Part shown: one piece after another, positions 28,161 to 37,999 of the stretch
How positions within the stretch are numbered: position 1 is the first letter of the stretch
Layout: every line of letters begins with the position of its first letter
DNA from: Planctomycetota bacterium
GTDB taxonomy: Bacteria; Planctomycetota; UBA8108; SXIK01
DNA length: 64,000 nucleotides
Assembly (NCBI GenBank): GCA_965223265.1
Contig: OZ244999.1
Coordinates: 5,504,001 to 5,568,000, forward strand
Direction: 5' to 3'
Notes under the pieces: generated by a model
Database searches by the model: none
What the model saw: only the letters and a program-made list of their open reading frames with translations
Told to the model about the DNA's origin: nothing
Made by a program: the position numbers and the translations under genes

Positions 28161-29165
28161 ATGAAGTGGCCTGTCATCGCCCTCGTCGCTGTGGGTATCA
28201 TTGCAGCGGTCTCGGCCTCCGCCGTCGTTGCCACGTTCGGATCGTCGAAAGCTACCGCGCCGACGAAATTTCAAATTGTCGTCGCCGCGAGCGATCTCCC
28301 AGCCATGACGGTCGTCAAAGCCGACATGCTGACGACTAAGACCGTGCTCAGCACGGAAGCTCCTGAGAAGTTCCTGACCAATCCGGTGCAGGCCGTCGGT
28401 CGAGTCCTCTCGATCCCGGTGACAAAGGGCCAGGCAGTCACCCACGGGACGTTCTCCGCCGAAGGCTCCGGAATCCAGCTCGCCTCAGCGCTTGAGGATG
28501 GGATGCGAGCGGTCAGCGTCTCGCTCATGGACTACTCGGGCCTCTACGGTCTCCTCTACCCGGGAAGCGTCGTCGACGTCATGGCCTATCTGAAAGTTCG
28601 AGGCAAAGAACAGGATTCCGCCTCTGTAACGATCATGAAAGCTGTCCAGGTGTTGGGCGTTGAGGACCAAACCGTCGTCTCTGCCAACAAAGGCGAAGAT
28701 CCAAAGAGCCCTGAAGGATCTCGTGGTGGCAGCAAGCGCTGGATGATCACGCTCATGGTCACTCCGAAGCAGGCACAGGCATTGCAACTGGCTATGGAAA
28801 ACGGCCGGATCTCTCTCGCCATGCGAAACCCTCTCGACACTAACTCCGGAGAAGAAGCCAAGAGCACCTACCTCAGCGACATCCTTCACGAAGCCACGAA
28901 GGGACGCCGCGGAGGTTGGAACTTGGGGAAACTCTTCACGCGCTGGGGACCGACCGACGCGGACGCTCTCCACAATTCGCGACGCGCAGTCGGTTCGACG
29001 GCCGCCGTTCAGGCTCGTTACGCGCGCGGTCAGACTCGCCGGGCAGGTAACGCTGCATTCCACGGCAAGACCTGGGAAGTCGAAGTCCTGCGTGGTGGAG
29101 ACTCCGAGAAAGTCTACTTCCCGGTCAAAGAGCCGCAGGCAAAAACCTCGAAAGAAGTCCACTAA
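28161..29165 (+). CDS. cpaB: Flp pilus assembly protein CpaB/RcpC
   Basis: SAF domain IVVAASDLPA; GMRAVSV...LYPGSVVDV; ITLMVTPKQA...ISLAMRN. Confidence 0.92.
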   Translation: MKWPVIALVAVGIIAAVSASAVVATFGSSKATAPTKFQIVVAASDLPAMTVVKADMLTTKTVLSTEAPEKFLTNPVQAVGRVLSIPVTKGQAVTHGTFSAEGSGIQLASALEDGMRAVSVSLMDYSGLYGLLYPGSVVDVMAYLKVRGKEQDSASVTIMKAVQVLGVEDQTVVSANKGEDPKSPEGSRGGSKRWMITLMVTPKQAQALQLAMENGRISLAMRNPLDTNSGEEAKSTYLSDILHEATKGRRGGWNLGKLFTRWGPTDADALHNSRRAVGSTAAVQARYARGQTRRAGNAAFHGKTWEVEVLRGGDSEKVYFPVKEPQAKTSKEVH

Positions 29166-29203
29166 GAGAAATCACCGAACGGAGCCAAATCGTGAGACGT
29201 ACG

Positions 29204-30691
29204 ATGTTCAAATCACACCTTCACCTGACAACACTTCTGCTCTTCGCAGCCGTCACCCCCTGCGCGATGGCACAGGCCGACGGGTCGGCGCCAAGCACAC
29301 TCAATCTTCGCACCGGCGGTTCGCAGATCTTCAAGACGCCGTGGCAAGTCAAGCGCGTCTCGATTACTCAGCCCAACATCGCGGCGGTCAAGGTCCTCGA
29401 TCCAGGCAGCATCCTCGTCTCGGGGACAGCCGTCGGCTCGACTGACCTGTTTCTCTGGAACGAGGATGAAGAGAGTCTTCAGATCCAGGTCAACGTTACG
29501 GCTGATCTTCGCGAACTGAAGAAGACGCTTGGTCAACTCTTCCCCGGGTCCCAACTCGAAGTCTCTCAGTCCGGGGAGGTCGTGATCGTTCGCGGAACTC
29601 TTGCACGTGCTCACGATGCCAAGCAGCTTCCTACGTTCTTGGAGACTTCCGGTCTCAAATTTGTGGACCAAACATCTGTGGCCGGCGTCCAGCAGGTTCA
29701 GATTCAGGTGCGCGTCGCTGAGGCAAGCCGCACGGCGATCAAAGCACTAGGAGTCAACGCGTTTCAGGTTGGCGAAGACGCGTTCGGCGCCACTCAGATT
29801 GGCCCCTCCGCTGGCGGCCCCCTCAACCCGATCGACATCGGCGTCCCAGGTGGCTCGCTCGCCCGCCCCGACCTTCCTTTCTTCTTTCCGAGTGACGTCA
29901 CGACCGCTTCCGGCGTGACCATCTTCGGCGGACTCGTCGACGAAAACCTGATGGCGTTTGTCCAGGCGCTGGCCGAGAACCAGTACCTGCGCATTCTCGC
30001 CGAGCCGACCTTGGTTGCTCTCAGCGGCGAGCCGGCCAGCTTCCTCGCTGGCGGTGAGTTTCCGATTCCTGTCGTCCAAGGCGGCTCGGGTGGTGGATCG
30101 ACGTCGATCCAGATCATTTACAAGGAGTTCGGCGTTCGCCTCAACTTCATGCCGACCGTTCTCGGCGAAGGACTGATTCGCTTGCGCGTCGAGCCCGAGG
30201 TCAGTGAGCTCACGGACACTGGTGCCGTCGAAATCGAGGGTTTCCGCGTTCCTGGTATCGTCACCCGTCGTGCCAAGACGACACTCGAATTGAAGAGTGG
30301 CGAGACATTCGCCATGGCCGGACTTCTCAACAGCCGCCGCGAAGCACGCAACTCCAGCCTGCCGATCCTCGGCGACATCCCGATCCTCGGCGCGCTCTTC
30401 CGCTCCGTCCGCTACACACGCGGCGAGACCGAACTCGTGGTCATGGTCACAGCGTCACTCGTCACGCCGATGTCCCCGTCGGACGCTCCTCCACTTCCAG
30501 GAACTCTCGAACAACCAGAGAACGACTGGGAGATTTTTGTTGAGGCCGACTTTGACGGCACCATTCCTGTCGTCGCTTCGAAGTCCAGTCCGTCCAGTCT
30601 GAAGCGCCTCGGTCTCGACCGTCTCCGCGGTCCCGGCGCGTGGGCGACACATGACAACGACGCCTCTCATTCCGTCGGTCGCGAAGACTAG
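29204..30691 (+). CDS. cpaC: Secretin CpaC/RcpA
   Basis: QQVQIQVRVAE; ILAEPTLVALSGEPASFLAGGEFPIP; KEFGVRL; LPILGDIPILGALFRS. Confidence 0.93.
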   Translation: MFKSHLHLTTLLLFAAVTPCAMAQADGSAPSTLNLRTGGSQIFKTPWQVKRVSITQPNIAAVKVLDPGSILVSGTAVGSTDLFLWNEDEESLQIQVNVTADLRELKKTLGQLFPGSQLEVSQSGEVVIVRGTLARAHDAKQLPTFLETSGLKFVDQTSVAGVQQVQIQVRVAEASRTAIKALGVNAFQVGEDAFGATQIGPSAGGPLNPIDIGVPGGSLARPDLPFFFPSDVTTASGVTIFGGLVDENLMAFVQALAENQYLRILAEPTLVALSGEPASFLAGGEFPIPVVQGGSGGGSTSIQIIYKEFGVRLNFMPTVLGEGLIRLRVEPEVSELTDTGAVEIEGFRVPGIVTRRAKTTLELKSGETFAMAGLLNSRREARNSSLPILGDIPILGALFRSVRYTRGETELVVMVTASLVTPMSPSDAPPLPGTLEQPENDWEIFVEADFDGTIPVVASKSSPSSLKRLGLDRLRGPGAWATHDNDASHSVGRED

Positions 30692-30714
30692 TTCCTGAGG
30701 AGGCACACAGCCCC

Positions 30715-31854
30715 ATGTCGAAGAACCAGTTCGTCCTCGTCACAAACGACACCAGCGTTCAAAGTTCTGTCGAATCAGTCATTGGCAAGCACCCGAGACA
30801 TCAAATGTCACATGTCTGCCAAGGACTCGACGAACTCCTGCAGCGCCTTGACAACGGATCTGTGAACGCGGCCTTCGTCGACATCGATCCGCAGCCAGAG
30901 GAAATGATGGCTGCGCTCGACAAGATCGTTCCGAAGTTCTCCGCGACCAAGTTCGTCGTCCTCTCGAGTGCACTCAACGACGACCTCGTGATCCAAGCGA
31001 TGCAGGTTGGCGCTCGAAACTTCATTCGCAAAGATTCCATCGCGACGAAGATCGAGAATGTACTCGACCGACTGGTGCCCGAGGATTCGAACCCTGCAGC
31101 CGGCCGTTTGACGACAGTCATGTCAGTAAGCGGCGGCTGCGGTTCGACGACGGTGGCCGTGAACCTCGCTCACGAATTAGAGACTGCGACCGAAGAACCG
31201 GTCTTGCTGGTCGACCTTGACGGTATGTACGGAGCAGTCGCAGGATACCTTGACCTGAGCGGGCGCTATAGCGTCACCGACGTGCTTTCAAGCACGAACG
31301 GAGTCGACCCGGAACTCGTGCGTTCCACCGCGCTACACTACTCGGATCACCTGGACGTCCTGATTAGCCCGGCAAGCGTCAATCTCGTCGAGCCTGAGGC
31401 GATCGATTTCTCGAAGCTGGAGCCGACCCTGACGAGCTTTCGGGAGGCGTACAGCCATACTGTGATCGACGCACCGCGCGTCTCGTTGGACACGGCCACA
31501 ACACTGTCTGAGGCGAGCACCTTGACTTACATCGTCTTTCAGTTGTCGGTCAAAGACGTGCGCCTGGCGAGCACTCTCTGCACTGCACTCGTCGACCGTG
31601 GTATTGCGAGTGATCGCATCGTAGGGATCGCCAATCGATTCCGGCGACGACATCACATGGTCAACTTGACGGAGGCACGCTCGGCGCTTCGCGGCATCCG
31701 TGTCGAGCCGATCAGCAACGACTTCCGGGCATCCAGCTTGGCCATCAACTATGGACAACCGCTTGCGAAGGTGGCCCCAAAGTCACCTCTGCGACGTGAT
31801 CTCGAAAAACAGAGCTTACAACTCGCGGGAACGGATCACCAACTCACCCGTTGA
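30715..31854 (+). CDS. cpaE: CpaE/TadZ (REC-like domain + MinD-like ATPase)
   Basis: N-terminal REC-like domain; degenerate P-loop SVSGGCGSTTVAVNLA; VLLVDLD; VIDAP. Confidence 0.88.
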   Translation: MSKNQFVLVTNDTSVQSSVESVIGKHPRHQMSHVCQGLDELLQRLDNGSVNAAFVDIDPQPEEMMAALDKIVPKFSATKFVVLSSALNDDLVIQAMQVGARNFIRKDSIATKIENVLDRLVPEDSNPAAGRLTTVMSVSGGCGSTTVAVNLAHELETATEEPVLLVDLDGMYGAVAGYLDLSGRYSVTDVLSSTNGVDPELVRSTALHYSDHLDVLISPASVNLVEPEAIDFSKLEPTLTSFREAYSHTVIDAPRVSLDTATTLSEASTLTYIVFQLSVKDVRLASTLCTALVDRGIASDRIVGIANRFRRRHHMVNLTEARSALRGIRVEPISNDFRASSLAINYGQPLAKVAPKSPLRRDLEKQSLQLAGTDHQLTR

Positions 31855-31905
31855 GCCTCCACGACGCGAAGGTCGCAACTAACTTAGAAGAAGCAGAACC
31901 TGACA

Positions 31906-33234
31906 ATGAAAGACCAGACGGATAGACCCAACCAGTCCGGCGAAGACATCAAAACCACAGTCCACCGTCGCCTCTTGGAGACGATTGATCTCGCCGAGGC
32001 CAAACGCATCCCTCGAGAGCAACTGCAGAGAGAATGCTCACGGCGTGTCGACGCCCTGCTCAACGAGCAAGGCCGCCCCCTTTCGGCACCTGAGAAGCAA
32101 CACCTGTTGCGACAAGTCATGGACGAGGTGTTCGGTCTCGGTCCGCTCGAAGATCTCCTTCGGGACGATACGGTCACAGACATCCTCGTCAACGGATCAG
32201 GGCAAGTCTACGTAGAACGATTCGGCCAGCTCGAAGCGACGGACGCCAAGTTCCGCGACGACGCCCACGTCGTCACAGTAATTCAGCGTATCGCAGGCCG
32301 AATCGGGCGCCGCATCGACGAAAGTTCGCCGATGCTCGATGCACGCCTGGCAGACGGCTCGCGCGTCAACGCGATTATTCCACCGCTCGCCCTCGACGGA
32401 CCCGCGATGAGTATCCGTCGCTTCGGTGTCCAACCGATCGGTGTGCAAGATCTCTTGCGCCTCGAATCGATCGTTGACCCAGTCGTTCAATTCCTCGAGG
32501 CATGTGTACATTCGAAACTCAACGTCCTGATGTCCGGAGGAACTGGTTCAGGAAAGACGACGATGTTGAACGTGCTTTCGCGCTGGATCCCACTCGGCGA
32601 ACGCGTTGTTACGATCGAAGACGCCGCCGAGCTGAAGCTACAACGAGACCACGTCGTCCGCCTCGAAACTCGCCCCGCGAACGTCGAAGGCAAAGGACAA
32701 GTGACTCAGCGCGATCTTTTACGCAACTCGCTGCGTATGCGTCCGGACCGAATCATCATCGGTGAAGTTCGCGGCGCCGAAGCACTCGACATGCTTCAGG
32801 CGATGAATACTGGCCATGAAGGTTCAATGACAACCGTTCACGCAAACAACACAAGAGACGCCGTCAGACGCATCGAGAACATGGTCAGCATGGCCGGGCT
32901 CAACTTTCCGGTTCGCGCCATTCGCGAACAGATCGCCTCGGCGCTCAACATTGTGGTGCAACTCAATCGCCTCACTGGCGGTCGCCGAAAATTGATCAGC
33001 GTCGCCGAAGTCACCGGTATGGAAGGCGAGACCGTCTGCCTCCAAGACATCTTCCGTTTCGAGCAGACCGGGCTCGATGAAGATGGTCGAGCCAAAGGCG
33101 AATTCGTTGCCTGCGGCGTCAGGCCTCAGATCCTGGACCGAATCGAGGCTGAAGGGATCGAACTCCCTGAGAACCTCTTCCATCGGCGAATCATTCCAAC
33201 CTCCTCTCACCAAGCACAGGAGCAACGAAAATGA
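31906..33234 (+). CDS. cpaF: Tad pilus ATPase CpaF/TadA
   Basis: GGTGSGKTT; TIEDAAEL; LRMRPDRIIIGEVRG; AMNTGHEGS. Confidence 0.96.
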   Translation: MKDQTDRPNQSGEDIKTTVHRRLLETIDLAEAKRIPREQLQRECSRRVDALLNEQGRPLSAPEKQHLLRQVMDEVFGLGPLEDLLRDDTVTDILVNGSGQVYVERFGQLEATDAKFRDDAHVVTVIQRIAGRIGRRIDESSPMLDARLADGSRVNAIIPPLALDGPAMSIRRFGVQPIGVQDLLRLESIVDPVVQFLEACVHSKLNVLMSGGTGSGKTTMLNVLSRWIPLGERVVTIEDAAELKLQRDHVVRLETRPANVEGKGQVTQRDLLRNSLRMRPDRIIIGEVRGAEALDMLQAMNTGHEGSMTTVHANNTRDAVRRIENMVSMAGLNFPVRAIREQIASALNIVVQLNRLTGGRRKLISVAEVTGMEGETVCLQDIFRFEQTGLDEDGRAKGEFVACGVRPQILDRIEAEGIELPENLFHRRIIPTSSHQAQEQRK

Positions 33235-34217
33235 ATTCCGACTCACAGGAATTCCTCCACCTCATTACGATCGCAGGCGTATTCTTCTTCGTCTTTGCGA
33301 TCTGGATCATGGGCCTTCTCATCGCGATGATGAGGCGCTCGGCTCGGGCCGGGAAGATAGAGCAGCGTCTAGGCCTCTACGAAACCGACGGCTCAGACGC
33401 ACGAACTCTCTCGCTTTGGCATGAAGAGAAGGAAATCAGGACGAAAGTCGCAACGCGTGGACGCAAGCTCGGCTTCGTCCAGCGCTTCGATGCTCTCTTG
33501 TCCGAGGCCGGGTGGCACGTTCCTGCTTCTGCAGTCGGACTCGGCCTACTGGGCATCGTTGTGCTCTGTGAGGTCGTACTGTACCTCCTGACCGGCAACG
33601 TCTTCGCCGGCCTTTGTCTCGCAGGCGTGATTGTCACGGGATTCTGGTTCTTCCTGCTCAAACGCGCCGCAAGTCGACGTGCACTCTACGAGATGCAACT
33701 GGTCGACGCTCTCGACCTCGCAGCCCGCTCACTCCGGGCGGGGCACCCTCTTCTGGGATCCTTCCAGCTCATATCAGAGGAAATCGGTGCACCGGTCTCC
33801 GACACGTTCGCCGAGATCTGCGGACACCACTCTCTCGGTCTGAACCTGGAAACAGCCCTCGACAAGGTCGCTGAGCAGTCAACGAGCGATGACATGCGTC
33901 TGTTCTCGACTTCAGTCATCATTCAGCGCCGCACAGGAGGCAACCTTGCGGAGATGATGGAGCGGCTGGCCGAGGTCATCAGAGAACGCATGCGGCTGAA
34001 TCGCCGTGTCCGCGTCTTGACCGCTCAAACACAATTCTCCAAGCGTGTTCTCCTTGCGCTACCAATCGTCGTATTCTTCGTTCTCAACTTGCTCAGCCCA
34101 CAGTACATGGAGCCCCTCTACACGACCCGTGCAGGAAACATGCTGCTAGGCGTCGGTGTCTTACAGCTCTTGGCCGGTGCTTGGGTGATGAACAAGATGG
34201 TCAAAGTCATCGGGTAA
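33231..34217 (+). CDS. tadB: TadB inner-membrane platform protein
   Basis: DALDLAARSLRAGH; IQRRTGGNLAE; three TM segments. Confidence 0.92.
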   Translation: MNSDSQEFLHLITIAGVFFFVFAIWIMGLLIAMMRRSARAGKIEQRLGLYETDGSDARTLSLWHEEKEIRTKVATRGRKLGFVQRFDALLSEAGWHVPASAVGLGLLGIVVLCEVVLYLLTGNVFAGLCLAGVIVTGFWFFLLKRAASRRALYEMQLVDALDLAARSLRAGHPLLGSFQLISEEIGAPVSDTFAEICGHHSLGLNLETALDKVAEQSTSDDMRLFSTSVIIQRRTGGNLAEMMERLAEVIRERMRLNRRVRVLTAQTQFSKRVLLALPIVVFFVLNLLSPQYMEPLYTTRAGNMLLGVGVLQLLAGAWVMNKMVKVIG

Positions 34218-34236
34218 GAGTTTCGGAGCAAGTGAA

Positions 34237-35154
34237 ATGACCACCGAATTCGTCCTAGCCGTCCTTAGCTTTCTCGCGATCTTCGCGTTAGGCGCGGCCT
34301 ACGTCGTCACTGTGGCGGCACATCGCCGACGCGTCCAGAGTCGACTGACGGAGAAACAGAAAAGCGATTCGCTGATTGAGAGAGATCAAAAGACAGCGAA
34401 GAGTGACGGATTGAACCCACTCGCTCGCTTCGCCAGTCGAGTCAACAAATCAAAGCCGTCCGAAGGGCTCAAAGCGCGCCTCGCCAGCTCAGGTTTCCAC
34501 CACCCCGGAGCGCCCGCTGTCTTTCTCGGCTCCAAGATGGTCCTCCTGCTGGTCGGCACCATCGGTGCGACGCTTCTGACCCTGCCGTTTGAGTTCGCGC
34601 TCTACAATCGAGTCCTCCTGATCGTGGGCGCTGGGTCATGCCTGTCCCTGATTCCGGACCTGGTCGTCGCGCGCCGCAGATCTCACCGCAGATTCGAAGT
34701 GCAAACGAATCTGGCACACGCCGTTGATCTCTTGGAGATCTGTGTGTCGTCCGGAATGGGTCTCGACATGGCCTGGAACTCTGTAGCCGACGAGATTCGC
34801 CCTGTGAGTCTCACCCTGGCGGATGAAATGGCACTCACCAATTTGGAGATGCAGCTCGGCGTCACGCGTACCGACGCGATGCGCCACATGGTCGATCGCA
34901 CTGGAGCCGATGAACTTGGCTCTCTGGTCGCCGTCCTCGTCCAGTGCGAACGATTCGGCACGAGCATTGCAGACTCATTGAAAACGTTCGCCGGTACGCT
35001 CCGCGAGATTCGGAGTCAGAAGGCGCACGAAGCCGCTGAGAAAATGGCAGTCAAACTGCTCTTTCCCCTCGTTCTCTTTATCTTCCCAGTCATGTTCATC
35101 GCCGTTGCGGGTCCAGCTGGGATCCGAATCGTGGACATTATCGCTGGAAATTGA
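34237..35154 (+). CDS. tadC: TadC inner-membrane platform protein
   Basis: DLLEICVSSGMGLD; QCERFGTSIADSL; AEKMAVKLLFPLVLFIFP. Confidence 0.92.
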   Translation: MTTEFVLAVLSFLAIFALGAAYVVTVAAHRRRVQSRLTEKQKSDSLIERDQKTAKSDGLNPLARFASRVNKSKPSEGLKARLASSGFHHPGAPAVFLGSKMVLLLVGTIGATLLTLPFEFALYNRVLLIVGAGSCLSLIPDLVVARRRSHRRFEVQTNLAHAVDLLEICVSSGMGLDMAWNSVADEIRPVSLTLADEMALTNLEMQLGVTRTDAMRHMVDRTGADELGSLVAVLVQCERFGTSIADSLKTFAGTLREIRSQKAHEAAEKMAVKLLFPLVLFIFPVMFIAVAGPAGIRIVDIIAGN

Positions 35155-35212
35155 TCTCCCCCCAAACGTGTTTACCCCCCACCAGAATCCCTTCCAACCT
35201 ACTCAAGGACGC

Positions 35213-35710
35213 ATGATGACATTCTCACCTCGCCTCCTGATCCTGCCTCTTTTCGTGGCGCTCGGCTGCGCACACGAACCCGAAACTGTTGACGACACGC
35301 CCGCGCTCAACCGCTGGATGGTCGAAACGTACCAGGCCAACGCGATCGAAAACGCGATCCTCGAAGACCGGACACTCTACCCCTATCACTTCGTCTCGGG
35401 GTCGGAGCAACTGAACCAACTCGGATCCGCCCGACTCGACGTTCTCGGCAACCATTTCATCCGCACCGGTCGCGAGCACGAACTCAACGTGAGGCGCGGT
35501 AGCACCTCGGACGATCTGTACCACGCACGGCGCGACGCCGTCGTTCGCCGCCTTGGCGAGCTGGGAGTGGAAGTCAGCAAGGTGTCACTGAAGGATGGAC
35601 TTCCCGGCGGAGACGGCGCGCCGTCTACTGATGTACGAGACACTTTGACTGCGCAGCAAGAAGCACGCGCGGTGCGGGCAGCCGCTGCCGCCACGACTGA
35701 AGAGGAGTAA
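35213..35710 (+). CDS. Tad-associated lipoprotein (possibly CpaD-like)
   Basis: Lipobox ALGC; degenerate OmpA-like region (HF..GS..LN..G..RL...ARRDAV...L); position within the tad operon. Confidence 0.6.
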   Translation: MMTFSPRLLILPLFVALGCAHEPETVDDTPALNRWMVETYQANAIENAILEDRTLYPYHFVSGSEQLNQLGSARLDVLGNHFIRTGREHELNVRRGSTSDDLYHARRDAVVRRLGELGVEVSKVSLKDGLPGGDGAPSTDVRDTLTAQQEARAVRAAAAATTEEE

Positions 35711-35716
35711 TAACAA

Positions 35717-36367
35717 ATGAGAGTTTCACTCTTTCCCGCGATCATCGCCGCCACCATGATCGGTGGCTGCGCCTCGAGCCCCGACCACAGCTACGACACC
35801 CCCGAAACCACAGTCGACGACGAATTCTCACGCAATGCGGATCAGCCTCCGAAAGCGAAAACTCTCTATGCGCTGTCGCGGTTGCTATCGAGTCAAGGTC
35901 GTGCCGTCGAAGGTCACTACGTATTCCTACGCGCTATCAAGGAATTCCCCAACTATATTCCTGCATACAACGGGCTAGCGGAGTTCTACATGCGTCGCGG
36001 TCAAGTCGGCGATGCATTGTCGACCCTTCACGCTGCTCAGCGGCGCTCGCCAGACGATGCGGTCGTGCTGAATAACATCGGCATGTGTCACGTCTTGAAG
36101 GGCGAGCACGACACAGCTCTCCTGAATTTCACCAAGGCAGTTGATCGAGCTCCGCGCGTTCAGAAGTACGTAGCTAATAAGGCTGTCGCGCTTGGTATGC
36201 TTGGTCGCTACGACGAAGCTCTCGACGTCTACAAGAGTTTTCTCTCTGAATCTGTCGCGCACCTCAACGTCGCCATGATCTGCGAAGCTCGCAACGATCA
36301 TGAAAGAGCGTCGATTGAATACGCGGTTGCCCGCCGTAAGAAGCACCAAGAAGACCGCGGCAGCTAA
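35717..36367 (+). CDS. tadD: TadD-like TPR lipoprotein (pilotin)
   Basis: Lipobox IGGC; TPR repeats (AYNGLAEFY, VLNNIGMC, NKAVALGMLGRYDEAL, AHLNVA). Confidence 0.8.
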   Translation: MRVSLFPAIIAATMIGGCASSPDHSYDTPETTVDDEFSRNADQPPKAKTLYALSRLLSSQGRAVEGHYVFLRAIKEFPNYIPAYNGLAEFYMRRGQVGDALSTLHAAQRRSPDDAVVLNNIGMCHVLKGEHDTALLNFTKAVDRAPRVQKYVANKAVALGMLGRYDEALDVYKSFLSESVAHLNVAMICEARNDHERASIEYAVARRKKHQEDRGS

Positions 36368-36389
36368 AGACGACGACTGCATCACCTCA

Positions 36390-37973
36390 ATGCACGTAGA
36401 TTCAACCGCCGACAACGATTCCAGCCCCGTCGCTCTCGCTGAGCAGTCGATGGAGCGAACCGCTGTCGGCGGTTTTCCATCCAGCCGCACGGCGTTGAAG
36501 TTCTCCGTCGCGCTAGGGCTGACAGCTCTCTTCACACTTCATATCAGCCGCAGCAATGCCATTGATCCCGACGTTTTCCATCAAATGGCGCTCTACCGGC
36601 AGACGCTGATCGAAGGGTCTGTCCCCCAAGCTGACCGCTTCGCGTTCACACCGACGGTCAGCCCTTCAGTGCACCATGAGTGGGGACATGGCGTGTTTCT
36701 CTACTATCTGGCCTCGGCGGGCACCTCAGCTGTCGTCGTCGCCAAATATCTGCTCGCCATCGGCGTAGCTTTCGTCTGCATCCTCGCGGCAGCACGACGC
36801 GGCGCCAATCTCGCCACGATCGCGATGTGTGTCCCGCTTGCCATCGTTCTCGGCGAGGCAGGCTTTACGACGATCCGAGCGCAAGTCTGGACGCTCTTGT
36901 TTACGGCTGCCGTGGTCCTGTTTCTCCACGAGGATCGACAAGGCAGACGGAAGTGGATCGCCGTTTGGCTGCCCATGTACGTGCTTTGGATCAATCTGCA
37001 CGCTGGTTTCGTCGTCGGGGTCGGACTCATCGCTCTTCATGGCATCGAACTCATCTTACGGAGAAAAAGCGTCACTCACTTGCTCTTGGTCGCCGCCGCA
37101 ATGGTGCCTCTATCGTTCGTCAACCCCTACGGAGTGACCTATTTCAGCGGCATCGCCCACAGCATCTTTCATGACCGCTCGCTCATCTCCGAATGGGTGC
37201 CAATTCTGCAAAGCCACAATACGACTGGCATTTTTATCTTCCTGTTTGCCGTCCTCATTGCCGCTTACGCGCTCCTTCGCCTCGGTTGGCGCCAATGCCC
37301 GGGACTCCTTGGACTGGCCGCATGTACCTATCAAGCGTTCAAGCACGAACGTCTCGTATTTATCTTTGCTGTGGTGTGGCTTTGCCTCGTCCCGGCGTAC
37401 CTGGTCAAGACGCCTCTAGGACGCCTGCTCGGGAGCAGGCTCACGCGCCATCAAAACTCTGTCGCCGTCGTGTGCCTCCTGCTCGCGGTCGCGCTCTTCG
37501 GAACCTGGGGGGCGCGTCAACCTTTACGCCTTGACGTCCCGTGCCACGCTCAGGAGCAGCCTCACGCTCCAGTCATCTACCCAGTAGGCGCCGTAGATTT
37601 TCTCGAAGCAGAGGAGTTCAAGGGCAAGATCGTGACTCCCTTCGTCGTCGGGCAGTACGTCAGCTGGCGACTTCACCCACGCGTCCTCGTCAGCCTCGAC
37701 GGCCGCTACGAAGCGGCCTATCCCCGCCATCTCTTGCCTGAGCACATCGACTTCTACGCAGCCAAGCCCGGCTGGCAAGAATTCCTCACGCGCTATCGAC
37801 CCGACGCCGTGCTTGTCAAACGAAGCAGCTCAGTCGGATCATCGCTCCGCTCGCTCGTCGGTTGGACTCTGCACTACCAAGACGACTCCTACCTTGTCTT
37901 CATGCGCGACGGCGTCCGCGAGGAATCACCCGTCGACCATCGCGGACGCAGACTGTCGCCACGGTTTCCGTAG
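36390..37973 (+). CDS. Polytopic membrane protein, putative GT-C-fold glycosyltransferase
   Basis: About 11 TM segments; DPDVFHQ after TM1; HHEW; RAQ; LWINLHAGF; NPYG; ISEW; C-terminal periplasmic SLDGRYE domain. Start position uncertain. Confidence 0.65.
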   Translation: MHVDSTADNDSSPVALAEQSMERTAVGGFPSSRTALKFSVALGLTALFTLHISRSNAIDPDVFHQMALYRQTLIEGSVPQADRFAFTPTVSPSVHHEWGHGVFLYYLASAGTSAVVVAKYLLAIGVAFVCILAAARRGANLATIAMCVPLAIVLGEAGFTTIRAQVWTLLFTAAVVLFLHEDRQGRRKWIAVWLPMYVLWINLHAGFVVGVGLIALHGIELILRRKSVTHLLLVAAAMVPLSFVNPYGVTYFSGIAHSIFHDRSLISEWVPILQSHNTTGIFIFLFAVLIAAYALLRLGWRQCPGLLGLAACTYQAFKHERLVFIFAVVWLCLVPAYLVKTPLGRLLGSRLTRHQNSVAVVCLLLAVALFGTWGARQPLRLDVPCHAQEQPHAPVIYPVGAVDFLEAEEFKGKIVTPFVVGQYVSWRLHPRVLVSLDGRYEAAYPRHLLPEHIDFYAAKPGWQEFLTRYRPDAVLVKRSSSVGSSLRSLVGWTLHYQDDSYLVFMRDGVREESPVDHRGRRLSPRFP

Positions 37974-37999
37974 AGCGTTCGCGGTGAACACCACGTGCG